Source: Octopus sinensis (taxonomy: Eukaryota). From it: a DNA stretch of 64,000 nt. Position numbers and translations under genes: made by a program. A model generated the notes under the pieces. That model was given only the letters and a program-made list of their open reading frames with translations, was not told where the DNA came from and made no database searches. The stretch spans positions 6,076,001 through 6,140,000 of the forward strand of contig NC_043020.1 of the NCBI RefSeq assembly GCF_006345805.1, read 5' to 3'. Positions 62,790 through 64,000 of the stretch are shown piece after piece (position 1 is the stretch's first letter; each line of letters begins with the position of its first letter).

Positions 62790-63560
62790 CCTGGGAAGAG
62801 GCAGGCAAGTATGCTAATGGGAAGTACCAGAGGGATGAAGAAAGAGATAGGCCTAAGAAGACATGGTGTGCAGCTTTTAACCCTTTCGTTACTGTATTTA
62901 TTTTGAGATGTTCTGTGTTTCTTTCAATTATTTTAAATATAACAAAGAATTTAGTCAAATAACTTAGTTATCATTAAGCTAGTGTTAGGAACAAATTGTG
63001 ACCATGGTTTGGTGGAAGATTTTAATTCAGAACTTATGAAAACAAGACATTTGTACTACAGAGCCAGAACTGGTTTCAGCCAAGTTGGTATCAAATGGGT
63101 TGAGAGAAGCTGTTTAAGAAAGAATGATTTTATTGCTGTTGAGGTCATCTTCACCTTTCATATCTTCAACATCAATACTAATGGGACCTGTGGAAATTCC
63201 ACAGAGTGAAAAAGATTAACCCTTTTGTTACCATATTTCTGTTGAGATGCTCTGTGTTTCTTTCAATAAATTTTAAATATAACTAAGAATTTAGTAAAAT
63301 AACTTAGTTATCATTAAGCTAGTGTTAGGAACATAAATTGTGACTAAGGTTTGGTGGAAGATTTTAATTCAAAACTTATGTAAACAAGACATTTGTACTA
63401 CAGAGCTAGAGGTGGTTTTGGCCAGGTTGGTAACGAAAGGGTTAAAGGAGATCTGAGAAATATTAGCCTCAGCTGGGAAGAGGCAGATGACCCTGCTCAA
63501 AGCTGGGATCATTGGAGACATCTTTCTGTTTGTTCAAATAGGCCAACTGCATGGGAGAAA
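62790..63560 (+). mobile_element. RTE-type LINE 3' remnant split by composite MITE copy 2
   Basis: RDRPKKTWCAAF | KGDLRNISLSWEEADDPAQSWDHWR (GRPxKTW ... W motif). Confidence 0.7.
62881..63441. mobile_element. Composite piggyBac-type MITE (MITE-spacer-MITE), copy 2
   Basis: Same layout and spacer as copy 1; TTAA at 62877 and 63442; removing it restores an RTE LINE frame (TWCAAFKGDLR). Confidence 0.85.
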
Positions 63561-63732
63561 TTGAGACTAAGACATCATGCTTAAAATTAGGTCTTTCTTT
63601 TTATGCTTGGTTGCACAAATTTTATCAATGACAAAAATCTATATAGACAGGCAGTCAACAACAGATGTTATCACATGCTCATGTCTATCAAATCATTAAT
63701 GTCTGGGCACAAGGTCAATAATGTATGGGTTT

Positions 63733-63769
<37 letters not shown>

Positions 63770-64000
63770 CCATGCTACCATGGAAAGCGGATGCTAAACG
63801 ATGATAATGATGATATTGATGTTTTACAGCAAAAGCTGATATCCTGTTAGTAACAGAAGTCTTTATTAGCAAAAATTGCAAATTTCCTCAACCAGCTCTG
63901 ATGTTCTGATATCCCACTCCCTCTCACATCGTCTCTCACCACCCCTCTACCATCCAGTGAAAGAATTAATCCATGACCAGGCTGGAGCATTTCATCAGTT

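Overview
Repeat-dense eukaryotic genomic DNA, almost certainly from an octopus (inferred from its tRNA-derived SINE, CR1, RTE and MITE content). One protein-coding gene is supported: a plus-strand homologue of the uncharacterised C12orf56 (DUF4551) gene. Ten GT-AG exons from 19877 to the stop at 51908 join in phase and give 559 codons; the first coding exon was not found in the window. The rest is intron or intergenic DNA: at least five SINE families, CR1/L2, RTE, R4/Dong-like and Gypsy remnants, internally deleted Tc1/mariner elements, TTAA-type MITEs, non-autonomous Helitrons, a 6.3-kb 48-bp minisatellite and long microsatellites. Nearly all long ORFs in the supplied track are repeat artefacts. 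The most interesting signals are: (1) several hammerhead-ribozyme folds in short Penelope-like elements sitting at (TA)n tracts, including a back-to-back pair in a C12orf56 intron, one in sense with an intact core; (2) a composite MITE-spacer-MITE unit inserted at two independent TTAA sites, carrying an exon-like passenger; (3) tandem SINE multimers, one flanked by an apparent 11-bp target-site duplication; (4) a perfect 53-bp-arm palindrome made of two transposon ends. Homology calls are from recalled family motifs, not database searches.
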